A stretch of DNA of 64,000 nt, taken from NCBI GenBank assembly GCA_910588815.1, contig CAJUQY010000001.1, positions 60,016-124,015 of the forward strand, written 5' to 3'. A program made the position numbers and the translations under genes. This DNA is from an uncultured Lachnospiraceae bacterium (GTDB taxonomy: Bacteria; Bacillota; Clostridia; Lachnospirales; Lachnospiraceae). This document shows positions 8,550 to 16,124 of the stretch, one piece after another (within the stretch, counting starts at the first letter, position 1; the number at the start of each line of letters is the position of its first letter). A model generated the notes under the pieces. It saw only the letters and a program-made list of their open reading frames with translations, did no database searches and was not told where the DNA came from.

Positions 8550-10232
8550 TTATCTGCCGACGAGACCGGTGTTGTTGATCAAAGTATTCAATGCTTCGTC
8601 CAGCGTCGTCATCAGACGGGACGCCGCGTTATAGGCAGCCAGATAGGTCATCATATTGGACGCTTCTTCGTCTAAACTGACGCCTGAGACTGAATCCCTG
8701 GAATCCTGGATACCATTTAATATTGTTACATTGGTCTTCAGAGAAGACTGATTGTGAGAGGAATCTGTGGCCAATACCGTAGACACATTGCTGATATAAC
8801 CGGAAAAAGTTTTGTCTCCCAGATCAATGCCGTCATAAGGCGGATCATTCTTGCTGTTAAAAGAGACGGACATAGCCCGCAGCATGGCAAGAGCCGTATC
8901 GTTGGCGTTGTTTTTATCTCCGGTATCCGAAAAACCTTTCCCCAGTTCTACGGTGCCGTCTGTCCACTTGGGATTGATGCCGATCGTGGCGGCGGTAATG
9001 CCATTAATATCAGGAGTGCCATTCGCAGAGGCAACCCTGTTCACCATAAGATAAGCGTCTGTTTTGCCGTAGCTGCCCTTAATATTCAGATTATTCATGA
9101 CTGTGGCGAAGCTCTTGGCCAGATTATCCAGATGGTTGGTATAATACTGATACCCGTGCGTATCTGCCAGTTCAATATCTACAGGAGCATCAGCCTTTTT
9201 GCCGCTGAGCATATTCAGGCTGGCCTGAATGGAACCGCCGCCGAACATACTGTCACTATTGTCGTCATTGCTGCCGCCAATGACGACATCCGTCTGGCCG
9301 CCTGCGGGAGCGCCCGTGAATTTGGCGGTTACATTCAGATTGGGATTGCCGGCGTCTGCGCCCGGGACAATTTCTAATTTGCCGTAGTTTTGTTTGGCAG
9401 ACCCTTCCGTACCGCTGATTAAGGTTAAAGACTGGCGGTTTCCGCCGTTCTCATAAATCATATCGACATATAAATCGTCGGGCCAATCCTTATCGTCTTT
9501 GTGGGCTGCATCTTTACTATACCGAACCTCAATAGGAATATAACTGGAAAGCTCATCCAAAAGAACATTTCGTTCATCCATGAGTTCCAAACTCGGCTGC
9601 CCGAAAATCTGATTGTGTTTGATTTGACGGTTTAATTCGCCGATTTGTTTTAAAATATCATTGACCGTCTGCTCGGCGCCGTTCTGGTTGGTTCCCTCGC
9701 CGTCGAGACGCTCAAACTCCTGCTTTTTTGCCTCTTCGATCTTCTGTGCGGAGAGATTGAGGAGATTGGTCAATTTCTCCATGCGCAGCCGCAGTTCACT
9801 TTCAAAAACCTTGTCGTTAACCTTGGCGGGATCCTGGGCAAGGTTCAAAGTGTTTTGGATATCGTCGAAAGCAGAACGGATTCCGGCGATATTGCTCTCA
9901 TCCAGAAAACGGGACAAAGAATCCAGGGAAGTCTGCATCGCATCCGCATAACCGGACTTTTCCATCTGGGATCGATATTGTGCATCCAGAAACGGATCGC
10001 GGATTTGAGTGACCTTATCCATGGAAGCACCATACCCCACCGTGATCTCCGAACCGTTCATATAGTGGGAAATGGGGTTGGTATAATTCAGGCTGGAGGT
10101 TTCCAGCTGCTGGCGGGTATATCCCACCGTGTTCATATTTGAAAGGTTCTGGCCGGTGATATCCAAACGCTTCTGATTGGCCTGCAGGGCTGAAAGCGCT
10201 GTGGTAAAACCGGCAAAAGTAGCTCGTACCAT
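8550..10232 (-). CDS. flgK: Flagellar hook-associated protein FlgK (HAP1)
   Basis: 560-aa ORF with N-terminus 'FAGFTTALSALQANQKRLDITGQNLSNMNTVGYTRQ' and C-terminus 'SLDEEASNMMTYLAAYNAASRLMTTLDEALNTLIN', both typical of FlgK. Confidence 0.85.
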   Translation of the reverse strand: MVRATFAGFTTALSALQANQKRLDITGQNLSNMNTVGYTRQQLETSSLNYTNPISHYMNGSEITVGYGASMDKVTQIRDPFLDAQYRSQMEKSGYADAMQTSLDSLSRFLDESNIAGIRSAFDDIQNTLNLAQDPAKVNDKVFESELRLRMEKLTNLLNLSAQKIEEAKKQEFERLDGEGTNQNGAEQTVNDILKQIGELNRQIKHNQIFGQPSLELMDERNVLLDELSSYIPIEVRYSKDAAHKDDKDWPDDLYVDMIYENGGNRQSLTLISGTEGSAKQNYGKLEIVPGADAGNPNLNVTAKFTGAPAGGQTDVVIGGSNDDNSDSMFGGGSIQASLNMLSGKKADAPVDIELADTHGYQYYTNHLDNLAKSFATVMNNLNIKGSYGKTDAYLMVNRVASANGTPDINGITAATIGINPKWTDGTVELGKGFSDTGDKNNANDTALAMLRAMSVSFNSKNDPPYDGIDLGDKTFSGYISNVSTVLATDSSHNQSSLKTNVTILNGIQDSRDSVSGVSLDEEASNMMTYLAAYNAASRLMTTLDEALNTLINNTGLVGR

Positions 10233-10249
10233 ATCGTTTTTCCTCCTTG

Positions 10250-10717
10250 TTACACGTAGCGGTCATGGAAATGGGAAGAACCGTTGATTTCCGGAAAGGT
10301 GTTCTGGCTGTTTACTCCCAGAATATGCTCAAACTCCCGTAAACGCACTGAAACAATGCGGCTGGATGACTCCTCCGCATCGGCCAGTTCTTTCAACAGC
10401 TGTTCCATCTTGGAAAAAAGCGGGGAAAGGACAGAGCGCTCTCTCTCCGTCGCCGCCGCAAGAATCTGGCGGAAGGTCAGATCCGTCCACCCAAGGTCGG
10501 ATGCCTGACGGCCTCTTAACTGTTCCAGCCCGCGGAGCTTAAGGAGCAGGGCCTGCTCTTCCTTTAAAAAAGAATCCATCTTCCCGTGCTCTCCGGCGGA
10601 AGCTGTCTCTGCCTTGGCCTTTTCCGCTTCTGTAAGTTTTTCAATGATTTTGGATAATTCCTCCAATGTGTGAATAAAAGAATCGAAAATCACTACCCGG
10701 TCTTCCTTATTATTCAT
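10250..10717 (-). CDS. FlgN-like flagellar chaperone (positional)
   Basis: 155-aa helical ORF between flgM and flgK, as in the B. subtilis flgM-yvyG-flgK arrangement. Confidence 0.5.
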   Translation of the reverse strand: MNNKEDRVVIFDSFIHTLEELSKIIEKLTEAEKAKAETASAGEHGKMDSFLKEEQALLLKLRGLEQLRGRQASDLGWTDLTFRQILAAATERERSVLSPLFSKMEQLLKELADAEESSSRIVSVRLREFEHILGVNSQNTFPEINGSSHFHDRYV

Positions 10718-10754
10718 CCTGTGATGCCTCCTGGTTTATCGGCCCTGAAACGGA

Positions 10755-11069
10755 TCAGTAACAGAGCATCCGTTTTGCGATCTGTCCGGCATCCGGTGTA
10801 TAGGTTCCGGCTTCTGCCTGACGGTGCAGCTCCTCTACCCGGGTGCTGTCCGCTGCGGGAGTGGAAATCTCCTTTGCCGCTTCTTTGGCTAAAAGCCTGG
10901 CAAATTGTTTCGTGTCTGACGGATACTGTGTCTGGTGAAGAGTCAGCTTATCATAACTGCGGACACTCTCTGCGGTCTGCTGCTTCACCGGTTCCGGCAT
11001 GGAGGAGGCTGTACGGTAAAAGGAATAATCTCTCCCTACCATACTGGTTCCATATAATTTCACATTCAT
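10755..11069 (-). CDS. flgM: Anti-sigma-28 factor FlgM
   Basis: 104-aa ORF with C-terminal 'EAGTYTPDAGQIAKRML' (FlgM G-Y..d...IA.kml pattern). It is the first gene of the flgM-flgK-flgL operon. Confidence 0.65.
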   Translation of the reverse strand: MNVKLYGTSMVGRDYSFYRTASSMPEPVKQQTAESVRSYDKLTLHQTQYPSDTKQFARLLAKEAAKEISTPAADSTRVEELHRQAEAGTYTPDAGQIAKRMLCY

Positions 11070-11127
11070 AACTAATACCCTCCTTTCAATGCAGCCTGAT
11101 TACAGCATGCGGCTGTACTTACATAAA

Positions 11128-11135
11128 TTATCGAC
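11128..11135 (-). promoter_or_regulatory. Sigma-28 (SigD/FliA)-like -10 element for the flgM operon
   Basis: The minus strand reads GTCGATAA, one mismatch to GCCGATAA, about 60 nt upstream of flgM. TTAT lies 15 nt upstream; there is no canonical TAAA -35. Confidence 0.4.
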
Positions 11136-11198
11136 AGTTTTTTCTGCAACATAAGCTGAGGCAAAAAATGTTTTTACCTTTATAAAAAATGAAAAACT

Positions 11199-11206
11199 GT
11201 CGATAT
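11199..11206 (+). promoter_or_regulatory. Sigma-28-like -10 element for the FliK-like operon
   Basis: The plus strand reads GTCGATAT about 95 nt upstream of the ATG at 11302. It forms a 13-bp inverted repeat with 11130-11142 (atcgacagttttt / aaaaactgtcgat). Confidence 0.4.
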
Positions 11207-11301
11207 ATATTATTGATATTGTAATTTTGTGCCTGGACGGACGAAATCGGCCTGTCCGTGGGGGCGCGGAAGCTCCTCAGGTATGCTTTTATGGAGGTAC
11301 T

Positions 11302-12720
11302 ATGGCTAACATTTTGCAAGTGACTAATCCGGTAAATGACAACGGCCGGGGTACAATAAATACACAGACAAGAAATCTTTCTGAAAACCAGCAGGTTCAC
11401 AACCCTGTGGATCCGACCAGAGTAGTGCGGGCGGATGGACAGACGGGGAACCGGGCCGGTGACGCCATGAGCGAAGCGGCCAATGCCATTGTAGATTACG
11501 AAAGTAATTATGGCGCATTTATCAAGCGGCTGGGGGAAGGGCAGGAGCTTCCAAGACTATTAGAACAGTTTTTCCAGGCGGAGAACGCCTCCGTCCTTTT
11601 CTCGGGGGAAGAGGCGGCAGGGCCGCTTTTAGAGCAGCTGTTTTCTTCGATGCAGATGAATTCGCCGGAAGAACTTCTGGCATTTCTGCAGACCCAGATG
11701 GCGCAGCAGGCAAAATTTTCAGGGACATTTTTCGACGGCCTCAGGAAGCTTCTCAGCGAGAACCGCAGCGAATCGGCGAAGGAGGCGGTGCTTTCGTTCC
11801 TGCGAAGCTACAACAGCATGTCCTCCGGGGAACATACATTGAAACAGATGAAGTCCCTGGCAGATGATATCGGGAGGCTGATGCTCAGGCAGTTCAAGGG
11901 AGAGTACCAGGATATTTTGGACGATATGGACTGGGATGCTCCCGGCGGACAGACCAGAGACAATTCTGCGGTGCTCAACCAGCGGCTGATTCCGTTCCTG
12001 GCCGGATATATATCGAAGACGCATGATTACGGCCCTGTCCGCAGTGCGGTTATGCTTTTTATTTTCCACTCTGTCCAGTACGAAGAGGGAGGCCAGGACA
12101 GGCTCGCGCAGTTGTTTGACAGATTGATGCGGATCCGCGGTTTTGACCAGATATTTGATAAAGAAGAGGCTTACGGAGAGCTTGCAAAGCTCATGTCCGG
12201 GGCAGAGAAGCCGGAGGACGGCTTTGCAGATGCTTTTTCCGGGCTGATCGGAAAGGGAGCGGACGGCGCGGCCGGTTTGGAAAACATCCAGCAGTTCTAT
12301 AATATTATGAACGGTATGCTGGTAAATGAGAGCGTCTATCTGCCTTTGCTGCATCTGCTGCTTCCTTTTCGCTTTGAGGAGGAGCAGGTGATGTCGGAGA
12401 TGTGGGTGGATCCGGATGCCGGCGATGAGGAGGGCGAGGGCCGCCGGATCAAGATGCTTCTGAAATTTGACATCCGGAATTTGGGGCGCTTTGATTTGGC
12501 GCTTATGTTGGAAAACCGTCAGGTGGGAATGCAGCTTTATGTGCCGCCGGCCCTTACGGAGCGGTCAGAACGGATCAGCCGGGATGTGGCGAACATCTTC
12601 AAAAAAAGCGGCCTCAAGGTGGATCAGCTTTTGGTTCGCGAGAAAAAGGGCGATTTAAAGGTGATGGATGTATTTCCGGAAATTCGGGAAAAAGAGAGGA
12701 CGATCAATGTCAGAGTTTGA
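11302..12720 (+). CDS. FliK-like hook-length-control-like protein
   Basis: I prefer the ATG at 11302 with SD ggagg. The C-terminal 'IKMLLKFDIRNLGRFDLALMLENRQVGMQLYVPPALTERSERISRDVANIFKKSGLKVDQLLV' resembles the FliK C-terminal (Flg_hook) domain. It lies upstream of a FlhB-C-like gene. Confidence 0.5.
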   Translation: MANILQVTNPVNDNGRGTINTQTRNLSENQQVHNPVDPTRVVRADGQTGNRAGDAMSEAANAIVDYESNYGAFIKRLGEGQELPRLLEQFFQAENASVLFSGEEAAGPLLEQLFSSMQMNSPEELLAFLQTQMAQQAKFSGTFFDGLRKLLSENRSESAKEAVLSFLRSYNSMSSGEHTLKQMKSLADDIGRLMLRQFKGEYQDILDDMDWDAPGGQTRDNSAVLNQRLIPFLAGYISKTHDYGPVRSAVMLFIFHSVQYEEGGQDRLAQLFDRLMRIRGFDQIFDKEEAYGELAKLMSGAEKPEDGFADAFSGLIGKGADGAAGLENIQQFYNIMNGMLVNESVYLPLLHLLLPFRFEEEQVMSEMWVDPDAGDEEGEGRRIKMLLKFDIRNLGRFDLALMLENRQVGMQLYVPPALTERSERISRDVANIFKKSGLKVDQLLVREKKGDLKVMDVFPEIREKERTINVRV

Positions 12721-13021
12721 TGATTTGATGAAGCGGAAGGCCGTGGCCTTAAAATATGACCCGCAGAAAAACGGCGCACCGGTGGTGGTGGCCTCCGGTA
12801 TGGGCTATCTGGCGGAGAGGATCACGGAGACGGCCATGGAGGCGGGCGTGCCGGTTTACGAGGATGATTCTCTTGCCACGATGCTGACTCAGCTGAAGCT
12901 TGGGGCTTCTATTCCGGTAGAATTGTATCAGGCTATCGTGGATATCTATGTCTATTTCCTTGGCTATGTGCCGGAGGAAGAGGGGCCGGAGCCCGTCTCG
13001 GAAGAGGAGGAAGTGGTTTAG
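12707..13021 (+). CDS. FlhB C-terminal-domain-like protein (EscU/YscU/HrcU family, YlqH-like)
   Basis: 'KAVALKYDPQKNGAPVVVASGMGYLAERITETAMEAGVPVYEDDSLATML' matches the FlhB-C homologue pattern. The start overlaps the upstream stop. Confidence 0.8.
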   Translation: MSEFDDLMKRKAVALKYDPQKNGAPVVVASGMGYLAERITETAMEAGVPVYEDDSLATMLTQLKLGASIPVELYQAIVDIYVYFLGYVPEEEGPEPVSEEEEVV

Positions 13022-13128
13022 CGGGCGGCTTGACCGACAGGGATTTTTACGTTATAATGATTTAAGATATTTTTATAGAAAAAGACAAATCAAGAAGATT
13101 ACTGAATCCTTAAAAGGAGCGATGCGAT

Positions 13129-14127
13129 ATGAGTACAGTGACGTCCATTGATCAGGTGCGTCCGGCGAGCGGGCAGAATATCTATCAGAATACTGCAACG
13201 GCGGCAAATACTTCCCGGAGTTTTCAGGCGGTTTTTGATCAGGAGGTCTTGAACCAGGTTCGTCAGGACAAAATTTCTTCCTCGGACAACGGCCAATATG
13301 ATGAGATTTTTGCACAGGCTTCGGCCTGTTACAATCTGCCGGTGGCGCTTCTTAAGGCGATCACAAAAGTGGAGTCCGATTTTAATCCAAATGATGTTTC
13401 CTCCAAGGGGGCGAAAGGCCTCATGCAGCTGATGCCAAGCACGGCGGAGGAGGTGGGGGTGACAGACCCTTTTGACCCCTGGCAGAATATTATGGGGGCG
13501 ACGAAATATATTAGGAAGCAGTTGGATCGGTTCGGAGATCTGCGGACGGCCTTGGCTGCATACAATACAGGCCCCGGCAACGTGAAAAAATACGGCGGCG
13601 AGCCGGATTACTGCAAGCGTTATGTGGATAAGGTTCTTGCCTACATGGGAGAGGCAGAGGTGGATACCAGCGCTGTGGGCGCCGCCTACGATGTGCTGGC
13701 CAATCAGGGAAGTCTCTATGGCAGCGCCCTTGGAAATTTTGGAAATAGTTACTATAGTGCGCTTGGCAGCCTGGGAAGCTACGGCCTGGCCGGAAGTCTG
13801 GGCAATTCCTTTGGCCTGCTTGGAAGCCAGAGCAGTTCTTATAGTATGCTGGGGGGGCTGGGAATGCTTGGAGGACTGAACAGTTCCTATGGTTTGCTGG
13901 GCGATTCATCTGGTTTGCTTGGCAGTTACGGAAGTGGGTTGGGTTTGTCGGGGAGTTCTTCCTATGGCTCTTTGTACGCGCTCTCCGGGCTTCTCTCCAC
14001 CAGCAGCAGTACAGATGGGGATACGGTTACGCTCAGCAGAGAGGGCTTTAACAGCCTGATTGAGTTGATGCGGATTCAGGCGATGATGAGTGCAGAGCAG
14101 ACGGTCGGAACCATGTCCCTGCTGTAA
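13129..14127 (+). CDS. Lytic transglycosylase (SLT domain) with Gly/Ser/Leu-rich repetitive C-terminal half
   Basis: SLT motifs are present: 'ITKVESDFNPN', 'GLMQLMP' and 'AYNTGPGNV'. Residues ~190-290 are low-complexity 'GSLGSYGLAGSLGNSFGLLGSQSSSYSMLGGLGMLGGL...'. Confidence 0.8.
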   Translation: MSTVTSIDQVRPASGQNIYQNTATAANTSRSFQAVFDQEVLNQVRQDKISSSDNGQYDEIFAQASACYNLPVALLKAITKVESDFNPNDVSSKGAKGLMQLMPSTAEEVGVTDPFDPWQNIMGATKYIRKQLDRFGDLRTALAAYNTGPGNVKKYGGEPDYCKRYVDKVLAYMGEAEVDTSAVGAAYDVLANQGSLYGSALGNFGNSYYSALGSLGSYGLAGSLGNSFGLLGSQSSSYSMLGGLGMLGGLNSSYGLLGDSSGLLGSYGSGLGLSGSSSYGSLYALSGLLSTSSSTDGDTVTLSREGFNSLIELMRIQAMMSAEQTVGTMSLL

Positions 14128-14147
14128 AAGACAGGAGGAGTATTTCT

Positions 14148-14768
14148 ATGGTACTTAAGGATTGCAGCCGATGTATGGTATATACGCCACAGGGGAAGAC
14201 GCTTGGTACGGCGGAAGTGGTGCATACGAGGGATTATATCACGATCTATTTTGATATTTCCGGTTTGCAGGACGTTCGCATGCGTACAGTTATAGATTTT
14301 TATGACGACCGGGTGGGGATGATTCGGGCGGTCTGTGAGCTGGTAGTCCGGCGGAATCCTTCTTTCCCTTCTATGCCTTATCCCTGGATGGCAGATTGCA
14401 AGATTTTAGAGGTGAAGGATAGTCTGCAGAGGCAGCAGGATATCCGGGCGAGGGTGAAGATGGATATGGGCTTTACCTCGGAGAACCATGGTTTTTTTTA
14501 CGGTGTGATTGAGAATATCAGTGCAGGCGGATTCTTCATGAAGACAGCGATGCCCTTGGATCGAAATGAAATGGTCAGCTTTCAGCACAGTTTCCGTACA
14601 GCGCTTCGCACCTTCCAGGCCCGGGTCATCCGGATGCAGCGGCTTGGAGATGAGTATGGCTATGGCTGCCGATTTGTTGATTTAAATGAGAATGCGGAAG
14701 CTGTCGTCCGCGAATATGTATATAAGGTGCTGAAGGAGAAAGAACGGAAAAGACGTCAGTCTTCATAA
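14148..14768 (+). CDS. PilZ-domain protein (c-di-GMP receptor, YcgR/MotI-like by context)
   Basis: It carries 'RQQDIRARV' and 'ENISAGG' (the NxSxxG PilZ motif). It is the last gene of a flagellar operon. Confidence 0.7.
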   Translation: MVLKDCSRCMVYTPQGKTLGTAEVVHTRDYITIYFDISGLQDVRMRTVIDFYDDRVGMIRAVCELVVRRNPSFPSMPYPWMADCKILEVKDSLQRQQDIRARVKMDMGFTSENHGFFYGVIENISAGGFFMKTAMPLDRNEMVSFQHSFRTALRTFQARVIRMQRLGDEYGYGCRFVDLNENAEAVVREYVYKVLKEKERKRRQSS

Positions 14769-14802
14769 AAATGTATTTACAAGGTGATGATGACAGAAAA
14801 AG

Positions 14803-14828
14803 GCATGTGCATGGTGCAGATGCTTTTT
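14803..14828 (+). terminator. Rho-independent terminator after the PilZ gene
   Basis: The stem gcatgtgca / tgcagatgc has one mismatch and is followed by ttttt. Confidence 0.5.
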
Positions 14829-14880
14829 CTGTATAAAAGGCCGCATCAGGAATGTGTCGTTTCGGACAGAGGAGCAGATT

Positions 14881-15978
14881 ATGAAGATTAATTTAGTGAT
14901 GATTGTAAAAAATGAAGAGCGGAGTCTGAAACGGTGCCTCCAGGCAGCCCGTCCGGTTGTGGATGAGATGATTGTGGTGGATACAGGCTCCACAGACCGG
15001 ACCGCAGAGCTGGCAAAAGAGATGGGGGCGAAAGTCTATGAATTCACCTGGGTACAGGATTTCTCTGCCGCCCGGAATTTTGCCCTGGAGCAGTCGGATG
15101 CCGACTGGAATCTGGTCCTGGACGCGGATGAATATCTGAGACCTGTGAAACGGAAGGTCTTGATGGAGAGTATCGGCAGATGGAATAAGCGGTACGGGGA
15201 AGGGAAGTGGATGGGGGCGGTTTTGCAATTTGATGCTTATCGGGACGAACAGGAGAAATCTTCTGTTAGTATCCATTCGTCCTTGATGCCGCGTATGCTG
15301 CCAGAGGGAGTACGCTATCGGGGAATCATACACGAACAGCCGGACAGTGATTTTCCTTGTGTCCAGATTCCGCTTAAAACAGATCATGACGGTTATTTGT
15401 TGGAAGGGAAAAGTGAACGGAATTTGGAGTATCTAAAGGAGGCGGTTAAGCAGGAGGCAGAAAACCCCTATTATTGGTATCAAATGGCGATTACACTGCG
15501 GGATGTCGGAAAACTGGAGGAGAGTTTGCCTTGGTTCCGGAGGCTGCGTCAGAGGGGAAGGCAGGATATTGGATACTGGGCAGACGGGATCCTGCGTTAT
15601 CTGTACACGCTGATGGACTTAGAGACCGCAGAAATGCTGGCAGAAGCAAAGGAGGTCATTGAGCATACACAGCCGGCACTTGGAAAAAGGGCTGATTTCT
15701 GTTTTGTCTGTGGGATTTTCTACACGAAACTGGTGCTTTCCGATGTGCGGCGTTATATCGAGTACCTTCCCCGAATCGAAGAAAGTTATTTGGAGTGTCT
15801 TCGGATCGGGGAGCATCCGGAGATGGAGACGGTGACTGGGACGGGTTCCTTCAAAGCCGCCTACAACCTGGGACTCTGGTATGAGCTCTCCGGGCAGCCG
15901 GAAAAGGCCGGAAGCTATTATCGCAGATCGGCCGGGGAAGGATACGGGCCGGCGAGAGAACGGTTGAAATTGGTGTGA
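14881..15978 (+). CDS. GT2 glycosyltransferase with C-terminal TPR region (GmaR-like putative flagellin glycosyltransferase)
   Basis: 'INLVMIVKNEERSLKRCL...VVDTGSTDRTAELA...DFSAARNFALEQSDADWNLVLDADE' is the GT2 signature. The C-terminal half is helical-repeat. ATG at 14881 with SD gaggag. Confidence 0.75.
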   Translation: MKINLVMIVKNEERSLKRCLQAARPVVDEMIVVDTGSTDRTAELAKEMGAKVYEFTWVQDFSAARNFALEQSDADWNLVLDADEYLRPVKRKVLMESIGRWNKRYGEGKWMGAVLQFDAYRDEQEKSSVSIHSSLMPRMLPEGVRYRGIIHEQPDSDFPCVQIPLKTDHDGYLLEGKSERNLEYLKEAVKQEAENPYYWYQMAITLRDVGKLEESLPWFRRLRQRGRQDIGYWADGILRYLYTLMDLETAEMLAEAKEVIEHTQPALGKRADFCFVCGIFYTKLVLSDVRRYIEYLPRIEESYLECLRIGEHPEMETVTGTGSFKAAYNLGLWYELSGQPEKAGSYYRRSAGEGYGPARERLKLV

Positions 15979-16028
15979 AGGAGATATGAAACTTACTGAC
16001 CGGGAGGATAGGTTTCGGGATTCTTCAA

Positions 16029-16038
16029 GGGGGGGGGG
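16029..16038. repeat. G10 homopolymer tract in an intergenic region
   Basis: Ten consecutive G lie 87 nt upstream of the AAA-ATPase gene and 51 nt downstream of the GT2-TPR stop. Confidence 0.95.
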
Positions 16039-16124
16039 TTATGGATTTAAGTTATAGACCAAAGCAGTAAATCAGCTAAAGAAGAAAACAGCAAAAATAG
16101 TGACCTGCTAAGGGGAGGTGCCAA

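Noticed and set aside
13690-14000. Repetitive DNA that might be a CRISPR array or tandem repeat
   Set aside because: The repeats are degenerate and in-frame, encoding the Gly/Ser/Leu tail of the SLT protein. There is no regular repeat-spacer periodicity. No CRISPR array was seen anywhere in the window.
15986-16057. 23-codon mini-ORF with good SD that contains the G10 tract
   Set aside because: All three G-tract length variants (G9, G10, G11) terminate within a few codons, so tract slippage would not fuse it to anything. I report only the tract, not a gene.
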